Positions 45,641 through 55,630 of a DNA stretch of 58,316 nt are shown piece by piece. Both the position numbers and the translations under genes were made by a program. Each line of letters opens with the position of its first letter. Position 1 is the first letter of the stretch. Where the stretch lies: positions 1-58,316 of IMG/VR virus record IMGVR_UViG_3300043449_000381, one strand, 5' to 3'. A model generated the notes under the pieces. The model was given only the letters and a program-made list of their open reading frames with translations, searched no databases and was not told the origin of the DNA. Origin of the DNA: a virus (taxonomy: Duplodnaviria > Caudoviricetes).

Positions 45641-48446
45641 TGTCCAGTATCTCGGCAGGTATGTCGCCGGGGAATCCGTAGACTTGGATGGTGCTCGTGC
45701 TTGCTGCCATGCCAGCCTTCCAGCCCTTTGACAGACGCTGCTTGATCTCAACAAACTTCACGTCACGCTTTTTCAGCTCCAGCTCAAAGCGTTGTGTACT
45801 CAGGCGGTGCTTCTGTAAATACTCCGAGAATATCTTCTTGGAGACATACGTCATCTGATTGTGAACTTCCACACGGGCCACTAGCGCGGTGCGCGGCTCC
45901 TGCACAATCTTGTCGCCGTTGAGGATCAGCATGCCGGTATGGTGCTGGTTGAGGAATTCACCGAGCAGGTTGGAGTAGTCAAAGCTGATCTTCTTGGCTG
46001 TGCCATGCCTGACCGACAGTATCGAGAGAACCACGGCATCGTATATCCGCTCAAGATCAAGCTTGACAATAGCCGCTTCGTTGATCAATTCCCCCGCTGC
46101 CATCGTGACGCCGATCAGGTTGTGGTAGAACCGGAAGGTCGTATCGTCAGTGAAGTCCTTCTTGAACCGCGTCTGCCACTCCTCACCCCGCGCTAAGATA
46201 TGTGCGTTACCGGCCTTGTAGACTTGACGGATGAAGTCAGGGAATGCCCAGCCGTAATTAGTCCTGAACACGTCGAAAATCCGCTCGCCCATCGACGGAT
46301 CACGCTCCAGTATCTCCGGCTTGGTCAAAGAAAACTCCACGACCCGCGCTGATTCCCCGTCAGGGTTTGCCTTTGCCGACTTCAGGATGCTCATCACTTC
46401 TTCGTTGGTGGTCAGCATGGCAATCAAGGACGCCGACACTTCCATCGTGCGCTCGGCATTGACCGAAGACTGCATCCTGACCTTTGCCTTGCCGTGCGAC
46501 ACCCGGTGAATCAGGTGCGCTAACTGCTCGGCATCCTTGTTTGTAACCTCGTCCAAGCCAAACATCAGGTTGTGCAGTCCAAGGCAGCGTTGCAGTAGTG
46601 CGTTGTCGGTCGAATCAAATACGCACAGTTCCTTTGGGTTGGCGAACGTGCTCAGTCCTGCATACATCGCGCCCGTCTTGCCTGATCCCGGCTCGGCAGC
46701 AAAGGAGATCGTCACCCCGCTAGTCGAAGTCAGGTGCATCAGCGGCGAAGCGAAAGCGCAGAGCATGGCGAAAGCATGTATTTCAAGACTCGGACTGTTG
46801 AGCAGTTGGGCCGCTTCCTTCCATTTGTCATACGACCCGGCGGGCTTGAACAGCTTGCCAAGTTCCTTGACGTAGGGAGAGATCGCGGTCTTCACCACTG
46901 TGCCGTCGCGCCGGTATTCTTGGTCGCCCAGCACAAACCCGTTGTAGTCCTCAGTCCAGCCAAACTGCATCCGCATTTGTTCAGCGGATTTGGTCTGTTG
47001 TAAATATTGTCCCCATTTCACGACATATCCTTTCAGGTGGTTAATTGCGTTCGGTTCATACAAGACACCATTTGCCGACATCGCCTTGGACAACTCATCC
47101 GGTGAGTACGCATTCTTCATTGGTACAAGAAACTCGCGGGGAGCGTCATGCGGTAAGACATTCTTCATCAATAAGCAGTCACCATCCAGCGGGCTGTACA
47201 TCCGCTTGATCGCAAACACATCACTTGCCACCAGCTTGATCGGGTCATCCTGTATCTTCTTGCCTTCCTTGGTTGTCTTGGGTGCGGGCATGAAGTAGAT
47301 ACCGCCGTTGACACCCCTTACATATGGCCAGAGGAATTGCGGAAACTCTGGGATTGCCGTCGGGTCCGCGTCTTCCCGTACTGTGTCCGTATTGGGTTTC
47401 TCTTGCGCAGGGATGACTTTGAGGCGTCGGGCAAGTTTGAGAGGGTTGGTGATATGCCCCTTGTGGGGACATCCTTCGCATCGCTCAGGGTGGTGAGCGG
47501 CGAACGTGTTGCAGCTTGTGACTGAGTCAAACGTAAGAGCTTTTTTATATGCGCTATCATAGTTATAGTCCTTGTGGCCCTCAGATACCCACCGAATTGC
47601 ATCCTCCATGTCATCACATTTGGAAGCGAGGGAAAGCATCCCCGCCCACGTATCGTAGTCAAGCGTCTTGGCATTTAGCAGTGCATACTTGACCTGTGCG
47701 CAACCTTCGTCGTTGACACTCGCTTCGCCAAGAATCTCAAACCGCGTTTCAAAGTTGTCGAGCTTCTTCAGGTGCAGCGTATCGTCATCCAAGCCTTTCG
47801 GTATGCTAGCGAATATGTCCGCAAGCGTGTCTTGGGTTGACGGTGCGATGGCAAGCAACTGCTGACAGAACGCATCAAAGCTATGCACAGTGATCTCTTC
47901 GTCCAACAGTTTCGTCGGACTCGGAGGATCAGTCTTGTAGTTGAGCGTACCCGGACTGCGCATGAGCCGCGCTGCGTCAGCCGTTACTACAGGATCAATC
48001 GCTATATAGTCTAGGCATAGCTTCTTGAAGCGTTCGGCCTGTGGCTTCCATTCAGATGTGGGGATGTCCCTATCGAAAATCCAATAGGCATGAACCCCCG
48101 TGCCCGAATCCAAGCGCACAGGTTGCGGCAGCGTTTGCGTCTTGACAAAGTTGTCCAGTGCATCAAGCGCGGCTTCCTTCGTCGTGTATGGTTTTTCAGG
48201 CCCAACGTCTAGATCGATAAAGAACGATCTGAAGAAAACTGAGTCCTCACCCTTCCTGCTAAACCCCTCAAAAGTACCCGGTGTTACGAAAATATTTACG
48301 TCTGAAGCTTTCAGCTTCTCAATGATGTTAAGTAAGTCGTCGAACGTCTCGGCAAAACGATTTGTGGTCTTTCCTGTTTTTGTTATTCCGCTTGCACAGT
48401 AAACGCCCTGCGTAGGCAATGCTTTCTCATAGAATTGTTTTATCAT
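45624..48446 (-). CDS. primase-helicase (AEP/RepB-like primase + DUF927-like helicase)
   Basis: FFIDLD, SGTGVHAYW, ARLMRSPGT, C..CxxC cluster, QFGW, EPGSGKT Walker A, LDE Walker B. Confidence 0.85.
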   Translation of the reverse strand: MIKQFYEKALPTQGVYCASGITKTGKTTNRFAETFDDLLNIIEKLKASDVNIFVTPGTFEGFSRKGEDSVFFRSFFIDLDVGPEKPYTTKEAALDALDNFVKTQTLPQPVRLDSGTGVHAYWIFDRDIPTSEWKPQAERFKKLCLDYIAIDPVVTADAARLMRSPGTLNYKTDPPSPTKLLDEEITVHSFDAFCQQLLAIAPSTQDTLADIFASIPKGLDDDTLHLKKLDNFETRFEILGEASVNDEGCAQVKYALLNAKTLDYDTWAGMLSLASKCDDMEDAIRWVSEGHKDYNYDSAYKKALTFDSVTSCNTFAAHHPERCEGCPHKGHITNPLKLARRLKVIPAQEKPNTDTVREDADPTAIPEFPQFLWPYVRGVNGGIYFMPAPKTTKEGKKIQDDPIKLVASDVFAIKRMYSPLDGDCLLMKNVLPHDAPREFLVPMKNAYSPDELSKAMSANGVLYEPNAINHLKGYVVKWGQYLQQTKSAEQMRMQFGWTEDYNGFVLGDQEYRRDGTVVKTAISPYVKELGKLFKPAGSYDKWKEAAQLLNSPSLEIHAFAMLCAFASPLMHLTSTSGVTISFAAEPGSGKTGAMYAGLSTFANPKELCVFDSTDNALLQRCLGLHNLMFGLDEVTNKDAEQLAHLIHRVSHGKAKVRMQSSVNAERTMEVSASLIAMLTTNEEVMSILKSAKANPDGESARVVEFSLTKPEILERDPSMGERIFDVFRTNYGWAFPDFIRQVYKAGNAHILARGEEWQTRFKKDFTDDTTFRFYHNLIGVTMAAGELINEAAIVKLDLERIYDAVVLSILSVRHGTAKKISFDYSNLLGEFLNQHHTGMLILNGDKIVQEPRTALVARVEVHNQMTYVSKKIFSEYLQKHRLSTQRFELELKKRDVKFVEIKQRLSKGWKAGMAASTSTIQVYGFPGDIPAEILDNDSGT

Positions 48447-48503
48447 GTCCGCAGAGACTAAAATGGCGAGGTCGCCCTCGCCAGTTGATCGTGCGAGGAT
48501 CGA

Positions 48504-48815
48504 TCAGATTTCCATACCGATCATGCCCTCGATGTATTTCTTGCTTGCCGCAAAGTTCTTGGCAGGGAGCACACCCTTCTCAATGTCTTCAGACACAAGC
48601 TTGATGAACGCCTCTACCACCTTGCGGTTCTTGTACCGAATCTTTGCGCCACGGAACCACGAGTAGACCGCCATGCGCGACACCTGCACCGCCTTGGCAA
48701 CATAAGCTGCGGGTAGGTTAGCCTTGACACATATCTTGGCTAGGTCATATCCCAGTCCATCGTTGCCTTCTTGATACAGGCCGAGCAAAAACTTATCACT
48801 GTAATTCCGTGGCAT
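48504..48815 (-). CDS. helix-turn-helix DNA-binding protein
   Basis: AAYVAKAVQVSRMAVYSWFRG, XRE/Cro-like HTH. Confidence 0.7.
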   Translation of the reverse strand: MPRNYSDKFLLGLYQEGNDGLGYDLAKICVKANLPAAYVAKAVQVSRMAVYSWFRGAKIRYKNRKVVEAFIKLVSEDIEKGVLPAKNFAASKKYIEGMIGMEI

Positions 48816-48827
48816 TACTGTCTCCGA

Positions 48828-49670
48828 TTATTTTTTCTTGGACCACTTCTTAACGATGTCCGAAACGTCTGCCGCACCATCCGCTGGCGCAGCGTTAGTC
48901 TCGCGCAGAACCGGCTCTTCGACTTCTTGCGGTGCAGCAACTTCTGCCACGCTGTCAGTCTGATACACGGTCATCTTCACGGCGCTCTCAGCTGCGGCTG
49001 ATTTGGCCTGTGCCATAACCTTGGGAGTATCTTCAGCCGAGACTGCACCGACAGGCGAGAACATCACCTTGGGTGCGGTAGCCTTGGTGTCGAACTGCAT
49101 CTTGGTGACGACACGCCCTGCGCTGATGTTGTTATTGGCAAGCATCTGAATATAGGGGCGGAACGGCCAGCGCCCATTGTCTTCATCGCCAAAACAAGAC
49201 GTAGCCGGAAGCACCAGCTGCATCACATCACCGCCCGGATCACCCGGCAGGACAACCGCCGTGCGCCACGACATACGGCAAGCCGCGCCGATACCACCCT
49301 GACCTGTGCCCTTGACGCTCTTGGGGCAGGTTGCGCAGGACGCGGCGACCGGGTTGTTGACATCCTCATCGGGAGTCTTGGAGTTGCTCGACCAGCAAGC
49401 CGGAGAAATCTTGGCTCCTTCTTGGTACGCGCCTTCGTAATAGGTGCGCGACGGGTCATGTGCCATCTTGACGAAAATGACGTTCATGTGCCGGTCTTCA
49501 ATCGAACCGACTTCCTTGCCGCCAACCATCTTGCGGAACACGCCGCCTTTGATGGAGATACGCTTGCTGCCACCACTGCGACCACCCGCTACTGCAAGGG
49601 TGTCTTCGTCCAGTCCAGTGCCGACGAGGGCGGGATTGTTTTGGATCAGTACTGCGAGTTCATTGCTCAT
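48828..49670 (-). CDS. putative single-stranded DNA-binding protein
   Basis: RISIKGGVF, PACWS...CATCP, flexible acidic tail; position in the replication module. Confidence 0.5.
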   Translation of the reverse strand: MSNELAVLIQNNPALVGTGLDEDTLAVAGGRSGGSKRISIKGGVFRKMVGGKEVGSIEDRHMNVIFVKMAHDPSRTYYEGAYQEGAKISPACWSSNSKTPDEDVNNPVAASCATCPKSVKGTGQGGIGAACRMSWRTAVVLPGDPGGDVMQLVLPATSCFGDEDNGRWPFRPYIQMLANNNISAGRVVTKMQFDTKATAPKVMFSPVGAVSAEDTPKVMAQAKSAAAESAVKMTVYQTDSVAEVAAPQEVEEPVLRETNAAPADGAADVSDIVKKWSKKK

Positions 49671-49690
49671 TATTTGCCTCACTAGGTTGA

Positions 49691-50089
49691 CTAACTATCA
49701 CTTGTTGGTTTACGAACTGTGATTGCAAACTCCCGCATCACATTCACTCCGGGCGGCAGTCCATCGTTCTGATGCTCTGCCATGTACTGCTTGAAGTTAC
49801 CTTGGTGGATACGACGCTCGCGGAAGTCATAGTCCTTGTTCTCATGCTCAAACTTGCGGAAGTTATCCCAGTCATTGCAGAAGAACCGTTCGTTCAACTT
49901 ACGGATCACTGTACCGTTCTTGGTATTGATACTGTTCGCGTTTACTTCGTTGCAGACTGTCAGAAGACTCATTTCCAACTGCGTCATCTGTGCCTTCAAC
50001 TCTGTATCTTCGGCTTCGTACTTGCGCTCAAGGTCTTCTCGCGCTTTCCGCAGACTCAGATACGCCGATACTATGTCCTCAACATTCAT
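49691..50089 (-). CDS. conserved replication-module hypothetical protein
   Basis: N-terminal coiled coil, DWDNF, LPPGV...ITVRK. Confidence 0.65.
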   Translation of the reverse strand: MNVEDIVSAYLSLRKAREDLERKYEAEDTELKAQMTQLEMSLLTVCNEVNANSINTKNGTVIRKLNERFFCNDWDNFRKFEHENKDYDFRERRIHQGNFKQYMAEHQNDGLPPGVNVMREFAITVRKPTSDS

Positions 50090-51660
50090 TTACCCCCCAG
50101 TCCTATTTCCTGTTTATATAGATCAACCAGCTTCTGATGCTGATCAACCTTCCCTTGCAGCATGGCGTACATCTTGTGCTCAACTTCTGAACCTTCAAGA
50201 TGCACGACAGTCATGCTGTTCTTCTGCCCTATCCTGTCAATGCGTGCTATGCACTGAAGGTAGGTTTCTACACTCATCACTGGGGACCAAAACACAATGG
50301 TATCCGCAGCGGTGAACGTAATTCCGTGTGATGCAGATTGCGGTTGTACTACTAGAATTTTTGGGTCGGTGTTGCTTTGAAAACGCTGGATGATGTCGGT
50401 GCGTTGCTTGGCGCTAACGTCACCTTTGATCACCTCACACGTGTATCCCTCTTTCGCTACGTACTTGGCCACAACCTCAATGGTGTGGATGTAGGGGACG
50501 AATACTACAACTTTGTTCGACGTCTCATCAAGCGTTTCTTTCAATGCTTGCAAGCGCGGCGATACATCGAACTCAACAATGTTTCGCTCATCGGTGTAGA
50601 CCGCACCGCCCGATATCTGTAGTAACTTACTCAAGTTTGACGCTGCGTTGACTGCACTGATCTGCTGGCCAGCTGCTTCAATCAACATCTGATTTTTTAA
50701 CTTGCGATAGTACATACCCACTTGTGGTGTCAACGGCACATCTCTTGTTTGATACATGACCTCGGGCAGGTCGAGACACTCTTTCTTTGTGTAGCGGATC
50801 GCAGGTTGCAGTGCGTAGTGAACGTCCTGCTTGGAGTTTGGTTTGGGTAACCACCGGAATTTGCTTACCTGAGCCATGACCTTGTCGCGCCACGCAGTCA
50901 TCGTCTTCGTTGTGCGGTGCGGCGAAACAAGTCTGGCTAACCCGTAGGCATCCATCGGTGACTGCGATGCAGGTGTACCGGTCAGCATCCATAAGCGCGT
51001 CGAGGGTTGCAGTATCCGCGCAAGAACACGCCAACGCTTTGTGCTCACAGTCTTGTAAGCGTTAGCCTCATCGACCACGATCAGGTCAAAGTTTGCCTTC
51101 TCTATCTCTTCACGGACAACGCCCACGCCATCAAAGTTGATGATCACAAACTCGTATGCGCCCTCTATGACCTTGGCACGTTTTGACCGTGAGCCGTAGG
51201 CGACCCCTGCCGTGCGGTGCATCGCGGTCTTGAAGATGTCGGCTTGCCATGCCGAGTACATGATTGACAGCGGACAGATGACCAGCACACGCTTGACCAA
51301 CCCTAGCTTCATCAGGTAGTCAGCTGCCCATATCACAGATGATGTCTTGCCTGTACCCGCCTCGTTGAAACAGAAAGCGCGGCGACGCAGACTCAAGAAT
51401 GACGCAGTGGTCTTTTGATGTTCAAACGGTGTGTAGATACCTGACCAAGAATAATCACGCAGCATCGGTGATGGTAGCGTGGTGTCGGTGTCTAGAACTT
51501 TTGCGAGGAACGCTGCCTCGTCGTAACCCCAATAGACAACTAACTCTTTATTGTCGTTTGATTGGTTGATGACTTCGGATTTTGCAACGCCCAACAAAAC
51601 TCTGTCAGCATCATCGGCTGGCATCGTGACTCGTAGCGCAGTGTTTTCAATTATTTGCAT
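50086..51660 (-). CDS. SNF2-like superfamily 2 helicase
   Basis: EAGTGKT, VVDEA, LTGTP, SHGITF, QCIARIDRIGQ. Confidence 0.9.
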   Translation of the reverse strand: MQIIENTALRVTMPADDADRVLLGVAKSEVINQSNDNKELVVYWGYDEAAFLAKVLDTDTTLPSPMLRDYSWSGIYTPFEHQKTTASFLSLRRRAFCFNEAGTGKTSSVIWAADYLMKLGLVKRVLVICPLSIMYSAWQADIFKTAMHRTAGVAYGSRSKRAKVIEGAYEFVIINFDGVGVVREEIEKANFDLIVVDEANAYKTVSTKRWRVLARILQPSTRLWMLTGTPASQSPMDAYGLARLVSPHRTTKTMTAWRDKVMAQVSKFRWLPKPNSKQDVHYALQPAIRYTKKECLDLPEVMYQTRDVPLTPQVGMYYRKLKNQMLIEAAGQQISAVNAASNLSKLLQISGGAVYTDERNIVEFDVSPRLQALKETLDETSNKVVVFVPYIHTIEVVAKYVAKEGYTCEVIKGDVSAKQRTDIIQRFQSNTDPKILVVQPQSASHGITFTAADTIVFWSPVMSVETYLQCIARIDRIGQKNSMTVVHLEGSEVEHKMYAMLQGKVDQHQKLVDLYKQEIGLGGK

Positions 51661-51681
51661 ACTCTATCTGACTGGTTAGTT

Positions 51682-51846
51682 GACTGAAATGCCCCTTACG
51701 GGGGCAAGTCGTCTATGGCCTACGTTAAAGAAGGAGGGAAAACGCATCCATAGATGACACGGTTTGGCGCTAAAAACGCAACGAAAAACGCCGGGAGATT
51801 GAGGAGGTGATCTCCTTGCCTACCCACTCATGCCTGACGGTGGCTC
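51682..51846. ncRNA. multi-hairpin structured intergenic element, strand uncertain
   Basis: Four consecutive stems: TGCCCC/GGGGCA, GTCGTCTATGG/CCATAGATGAC, GGCG/CGCC, GGAGAT/ATCTCC. Confidence 0.5.
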
Positions 51847-52101
51847 TCACTTCATCGCTCCACTCGACTTGCGAGGGAAGGAACGATTCTTGTGTGGCGA
51901 CTCCAGCCGAACACCGTCCGAGTTGGAACCCCCCTTGGACAGCGCCTTGACATGGGCAACATCCTTACCCTTGCGGCTCACACCTTTGGCGTCTAGCTTG
52001 CGTCGGGCACGTTGGCGCTCCATGCGGTCTGACAGTTCACCGCGCTCTTTCTGCTGTTGATACTCTTTTTTATACGGCCGTGGTTTGTTGACGTATGGCA
52101 T
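51847..52101 (-). CDS. small HNH-like protein
   Basis: GKDVAHVKALSKGGSN...NRS. Confidence 0.6.
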   Translation of the reverse strand: MPYVNKPRPYKKEYQQQKERGELSDRMERQRARRKLDAKGVSRKGKDVAHVKALSKGGSNSDGVRLESPHKNRSFPRKSSGAMK

Positions 52102-52102
52102 A

Positions 52103-52771
52103 TCATTTTCCTCTGTGAAATTCGCAGCTGTCTACGGGACACCACCCACACAACGGCGTAGGGTTTGCTTGCCAAGTGCCCGACTCAAACGAATTCTGTA
52201 AACGCATCAGGTGTTCTTTGAAACTGTCCCACAGCTTGGCCTCATCTTCGCGTTTGAACTCGTCATTGATGAAGCTGTTGTGCATGACAAATAACAGGCC
52301 AGCTTTTACTTTGACCAGCTCGGGGAAGTGTGCAAACGCCATGAGCGCCATCAACTTCAACTGATTCATGTCCGGGTAGCGGTTGCTGCCCGTCTTGTAA
52401 TCTACGATGTATCCATGATCCTGATCGATCACCATCAAGTCTGCGATCCCTCGCACCCAGTACTCCTGCGCTCCGAACGAACAGGGTTTCAGGTCGTTAG
52501 TCAGCGCCATGCGGTGCTCAGGGTAACGCTCACCCTCAATCTGTAGCAACGCGTCAAGCAGCGGCTTGAACTGCTCGTAATTTTTCTTGAGCGGTGTGCC
52601 GTCCCGCACATAGTCCTCTAGCGCGGCGTGTACTTCTGTGCCGTAACGCATCTGCTTGGTTACGCTCTTGGTGTAACGCTTGAGGACTTTGACCTCGTGA
52701 TACTGCTTTGGACAATTGATATAGTCCTTGAGGCTGGAGTAAGACCACTTGGTAGATAGACTGGGATTCAC
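52103..52771 (-). CDS. Cas4/RecB-like PD-(D/E)XK exonuclease
   Basis: SYSSL...CP, GIADL, VDYKTG, QLxL, CGWCP..C; start set at GTG 52771 after AAGGA. Confidence 0.85.
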   Translation of the reverse strand: MNPSLSTKWSYSSLKDYINCPKQYHEVKVLKRYTKSVTKQMRYGTEVHAALEDYVRDGTPLKKNYEQFKPLLDALLQIEGERYPEHRMALTNDLKPCSFGAQEYWVRGIADLMVIDQDHGYIVDYKTGSNRYPDMNQLKLMALMAFAHFPELVKVKAGLLFVMHNSFINDEFKREDEAKLWDSFKEHLMRLQNSFESGTWQANPTPLCGWCPVDSCEFHRGK

Positions 52772-52787
52772 TGGGTATCCTTTTTGG

Positions 52788-54647
52788 TCAGCATTCACCA
52801 TAAGAATACGCATATTTAGCCTCGCAAGCAACCGGCAAACCGACCGCCCAGTCCGGTGGTACAGACATTACTTCAGTCACAAAACTGACCGCTTCCTCTA
52901 CCTCATCGTCCGGCACAACGAGCACCGCTGCGTCATGCACTGTCAACACAGGTCTATACTTCGCCCGTAATTTCAACATCTGTTCGCCAACGATAATTCT
53001 AGCTAGGGCTTGCACTACGTTCTCCACAATCGTGCCGCCCCATATCGACACAGGACCCTTGCGGGAAGTGTACGACCACTTGTAATTATCTAATGTCAGA
53101 CCGGAATACCGGATATGCAAACCATTTGGCAAGCGAACCCCTTCCGGGTAGACCGACAGCACTTTGTGCTTATCAATATAGAACGCACGTTTCTCTACCG
53201 GCCACGCGGAGAGCGGCGTCAGTATTTTCTCGCACTCGCTCCACAACTCCACGATCTTGTCGTTCGTCGCACGGTACAGATCAACAATCTCTTTGCATCG
53301 CTCCTCGGTCAGGTCAGCGCCGGGTGGTTGCGTCTTCAGCGTATGCCGTAGCTTCGGCGCCCCAGTGCCGTAGCCAAGACCAAGGATGCAGGTCTTGCCC
53401 ACGAATCGTTCCACGGGGTTTGCCTTGCTGATGGGCTGCTCGTATATCTTCGATGCGAACGTCGAGTAAACATCTTCACCATCAGCAAACTGCTTGACCA
53501 AATCATCCTGCCCAGCAAGCCATGCGAGCACCCGCGCTTCAATCTGCGAAGAGTCACAGTTGATGACTGTGTACCCGTCAGGTGCAGTGACCGCGTTCTT
53601 GAGTGTCTTCTTTTTCTTGTCTCGGCTTGGCAGGTTTTGAAAATTCACCTTGTCAGAGCCAGCCCATCGTCCTGTGTGTGCGCCGTAATACTTCAGCGGG
53701 ATAGGCAAATTACCCCGGTTACGTTTGCCCACATCAATGAACCGCTCGATGCGTGACTCCTCAATCGTGGACTTAGTGCCAAGCCTGACCGCGCACAGAT
53801 GCTGGATGAATGTGTCCTCGTGCTCTGTCAGCGCAATGAAACCCTCGTCGTTCTTGGCAAGCGCGTAGGTCGGCTTGCCCGTGGTGACGCTATCTTTCAT
53901 CGGCACTTCGATGCCGAATGACTCTAGAAGCTGCGCGAATTGTGGATTGCTGGCTAGTTTTTTCCTTACCTCTTCCTCGGTCGCGCACTTCAGCTTGTCT
54001 TTCAAGCTGCCCAGCAGCTGTAGCTTCTCTGCTCGAATCTCCTCCAACCGCTCCACCAACAGCGCGTCGTCCACCTTGAGCACCGGGTGCGTGAACATGC
54101 GCAGTGTCAAGTCGATCAACTCCAACTCCGACTCGGGAAAATCCTTGGTCAGTATGTTGAACAGATCATAGGTCAGCGCCACGTCGTTCTTGCAGTACTC
54201 GCCATACCGTGCAAGTTCTTCAGGCGTGAAGTCTTCCCGCTTCTTGTTGACCGCAGCAACAACTTCTTCGCCCTTCAGACCAATCTCGTAACGCTTGGCA
54301 AGCGATGCCAGTGACCCCCCTGCCTCCACGCCATGCACAGCGCGAGCCATGCACAGCGTGTCAAGGTACATCGCTGGAGATATGTTGAAGAACCACTTGA
54401 GGATCGCCCCGTCAAACATCGTGTTGTGACACAGCAGCGCGGAGTCGCGCCACTCGTATGTCAGCAGATGTTTGTGCAGTTCTTCCTTCGGACCGGAGAA
54501 CCATGAGACTTCACCGTCATCCACCTTGATGCCGACACCGATCACCTCAAAGCGCGGATCACGGATGTACTCCTCGGTGGTTTGGTTCTTGAACCCCAAA
54601 TCCTTGTCGGTGTAGTACGTCTCAAAGTCTAGCGTGATAAGGCTCAC
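52788..54647 (-). CDS. polA: family A DNA polymerase with 3'-5' exonuclease
   Basis: LDFET, HNTMFD, YCKND exonuclease motifs; HTGR, NFQNLP, DSSQIEAR (A), RFVGKTCILGLGYG (B), VHD (C). Confidence 0.92.
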   Translation of the reverse strand: MSLITLDFETYYTDKDLGFKNQTTEEYIRDPRFEVIGVGIKVDDGEVSWFSGPKEELHKHLLTYEWRDSALLCHNTMFDGAILKWFFNISPAMYLDTLCMARAVHGVEAGGSLASLAKRYEIGLKGEEVVAAVNKKREDFTPEELARYGEYCKNDVALTYDLFNILTKDFPESELELIDLTLRMFTHPVLKVDDALLVERLEEIRAEKLQLLGSLKDKLKCATEEEVRKKLASNPQFAQLLESFGIEVPMKDSVTTGKPTYALAKNDEGFIALTEHEDTFIQHLCAVRLGTKSTIEESRIERFIDVGKRNRGNLPIPLKYYGAHTGRWAGSDKVNFQNLPSRDKKKKTLKNAVTAPDGYTVINCDSSQIEARVLAWLAGQDDLVKQFADGEDVYSTFASKIYEQPISKANPVERFVGKTCILGLGYGTGAPKLRHTLKTQPPGADLTEERCKEIVDLYRATNDKIVELWSECEKILTPLSAWPVEKRAFYIDKHKVLSVYPEGVRLPNGLHIRYSGLTLDNYKWSYTSRKGPVSIWGGTIVENVVQALARIIVGEQMLKLRAKYRPVLTVHDAAVLVVPDDEVEEAVSFVTEVMSVPPDWAVGLPVACEAKYAYSYGEC

Positions 54648-54820
54648 TGATCTAGTACCTTCTGTAGTTCGTGCATGCAGAATATGCGGATAGCGCGGGC
54701 GCATACGATGATCTCGTCAGCCTTGTCACAGGCAGTCTGCCAGTCATGCTTGAGCATTGCGTCATGCGCTTCGCGTTGCAGCTTTTGAATCTTAATGATG
54801 TTCTCGCCGTAGTCGATCAT
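54644..54820 (-). CDS. small hypothetical protein
   Basis: MIDYGENIIKIQKL...; overlap-coupled on both sides. Confidence 0.6.
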   Translation of the reverse strand: MIDYGENIIKIQKLQREAHDAMLKHDWQTACDKADEIIVCARAIRIFCMHELQKVLDQ

Positions 54821-55101
54821 TTGCTTTTCCGTTCCCATTTTTTGTGCCATTGCGTAAGAATATAAAACAACAAATCGTGCAGTATGTCCCAGTACCACCG
54901 CCGCATTTGCGCCCAAAAATACCGGACGTTGCGCTGGGTCAGGTTTGTTTTGAGATTGCTGTGCAAGATAGCAATGTCGTATGCAGCAGGTGCTGCGCCG
55001 GAATGGATCGTGCCGTCATCAGCCACAAACCACCAGTCGTTATATTTCCATATAACGCCAACACATTTTCTCCCGGTGTGGTCCATAACAAACGGCTTCA
55101 T
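54817..55101 (-). CDS. hypothetical protein
   Basis: 94-aa ORF in a tightly coupled operon. Confidence 0.55.
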   Translation of the reverse strand: MKPFVMDHTGRKCVGVIWKYNDWWFVADDGTIHSGAAPAAYDIAILHSNLKTNLTQRNVRYFWAQMRRWYWDILHDLLFYILTQWHKKWERKSK

Positions 55102-55256
55102 GTGAGTACCAATTTAATTATGTTGAAGATCATGAACAGGGCGATGCACATGAACACGCCTAGCGCAATCCCCATGCTCATGCCACGCCTGTACGCCTTC
55201 TCAGTGTAGCGCAACCGTATTTCGTTCTTGCGGTGGAAGTCAGGAATCCACTGCAT
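55098..55256 (-). CDS. small single-TM protein
   Basis: Manual translation MQWIPDFHRKNE...GIALGVFMCIALFMIFNIIKLVLT. Confidence 0.6.
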   Translation of the reverse strand: MQWIPDFHRKNEIRLRYTEKAYRRGMSMGIALGVFMCIALFMIFNIIKLVLT

Positions 55257-55630
55257 CACGCTTCCTCTCCTTCAAGTTGATAACAAGACATCACTTCGGC
55301 CATAGTAACAAGACCGCGAATATATTGATCCCCGCCGGTGTAATAGAAACGCAGAGTGCCAAATTTTTCTTTCACTTGTTGAGCAACAACTTGCGGCACA
55401 AAGTCGGGGATTTGAACATTGTTCGGATTATTTTTTAGCAATAGTTCCCGCTGCTCATTTGTCGTATCAATATGATGTTGGATGCACTTGCATAGATTGT
55501 TGACGATATCGTACCAACCATCGCCGTGTGCAAAACCCCAACACATTGCTGTAGTTTGCGCACTAGCATTTCGATTGACGAAAATTTTAGGGTACGCTTC
55601 ACACAGTTTTTTATCTAGCATCTCGTTCAT
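55256..55630 (-). CDS. conserved phage hypothetical protein
   Basis: GDGWY...QVKEKFGTLRFY motif. Confidence 0.7.
   Translation of the reverse strand: MNEMLDKKLCEAYPKIFVNRNASAQTTAMCWGFAHGDGWYDIVNNLCKCIQHHIDTTNEQRELLLKNNPNNVQIPDFVPQVVAQQVKEKFGTLRFYYTGGDQYIRGLVTMAEVMSCYQLEGEEA

Noticed and set aside
52103-52771. Cas4 as part of a CRISPR-Cas system
   Set aside because: Stand-alone nuclease next to polA in the replication module, with no cas1/cas2 and no array.
52788-54647. DpoZ / modified-base genome
   Set aside because: No PurZ, dATPase or other nucleotide-modification genes were recognised in the window.
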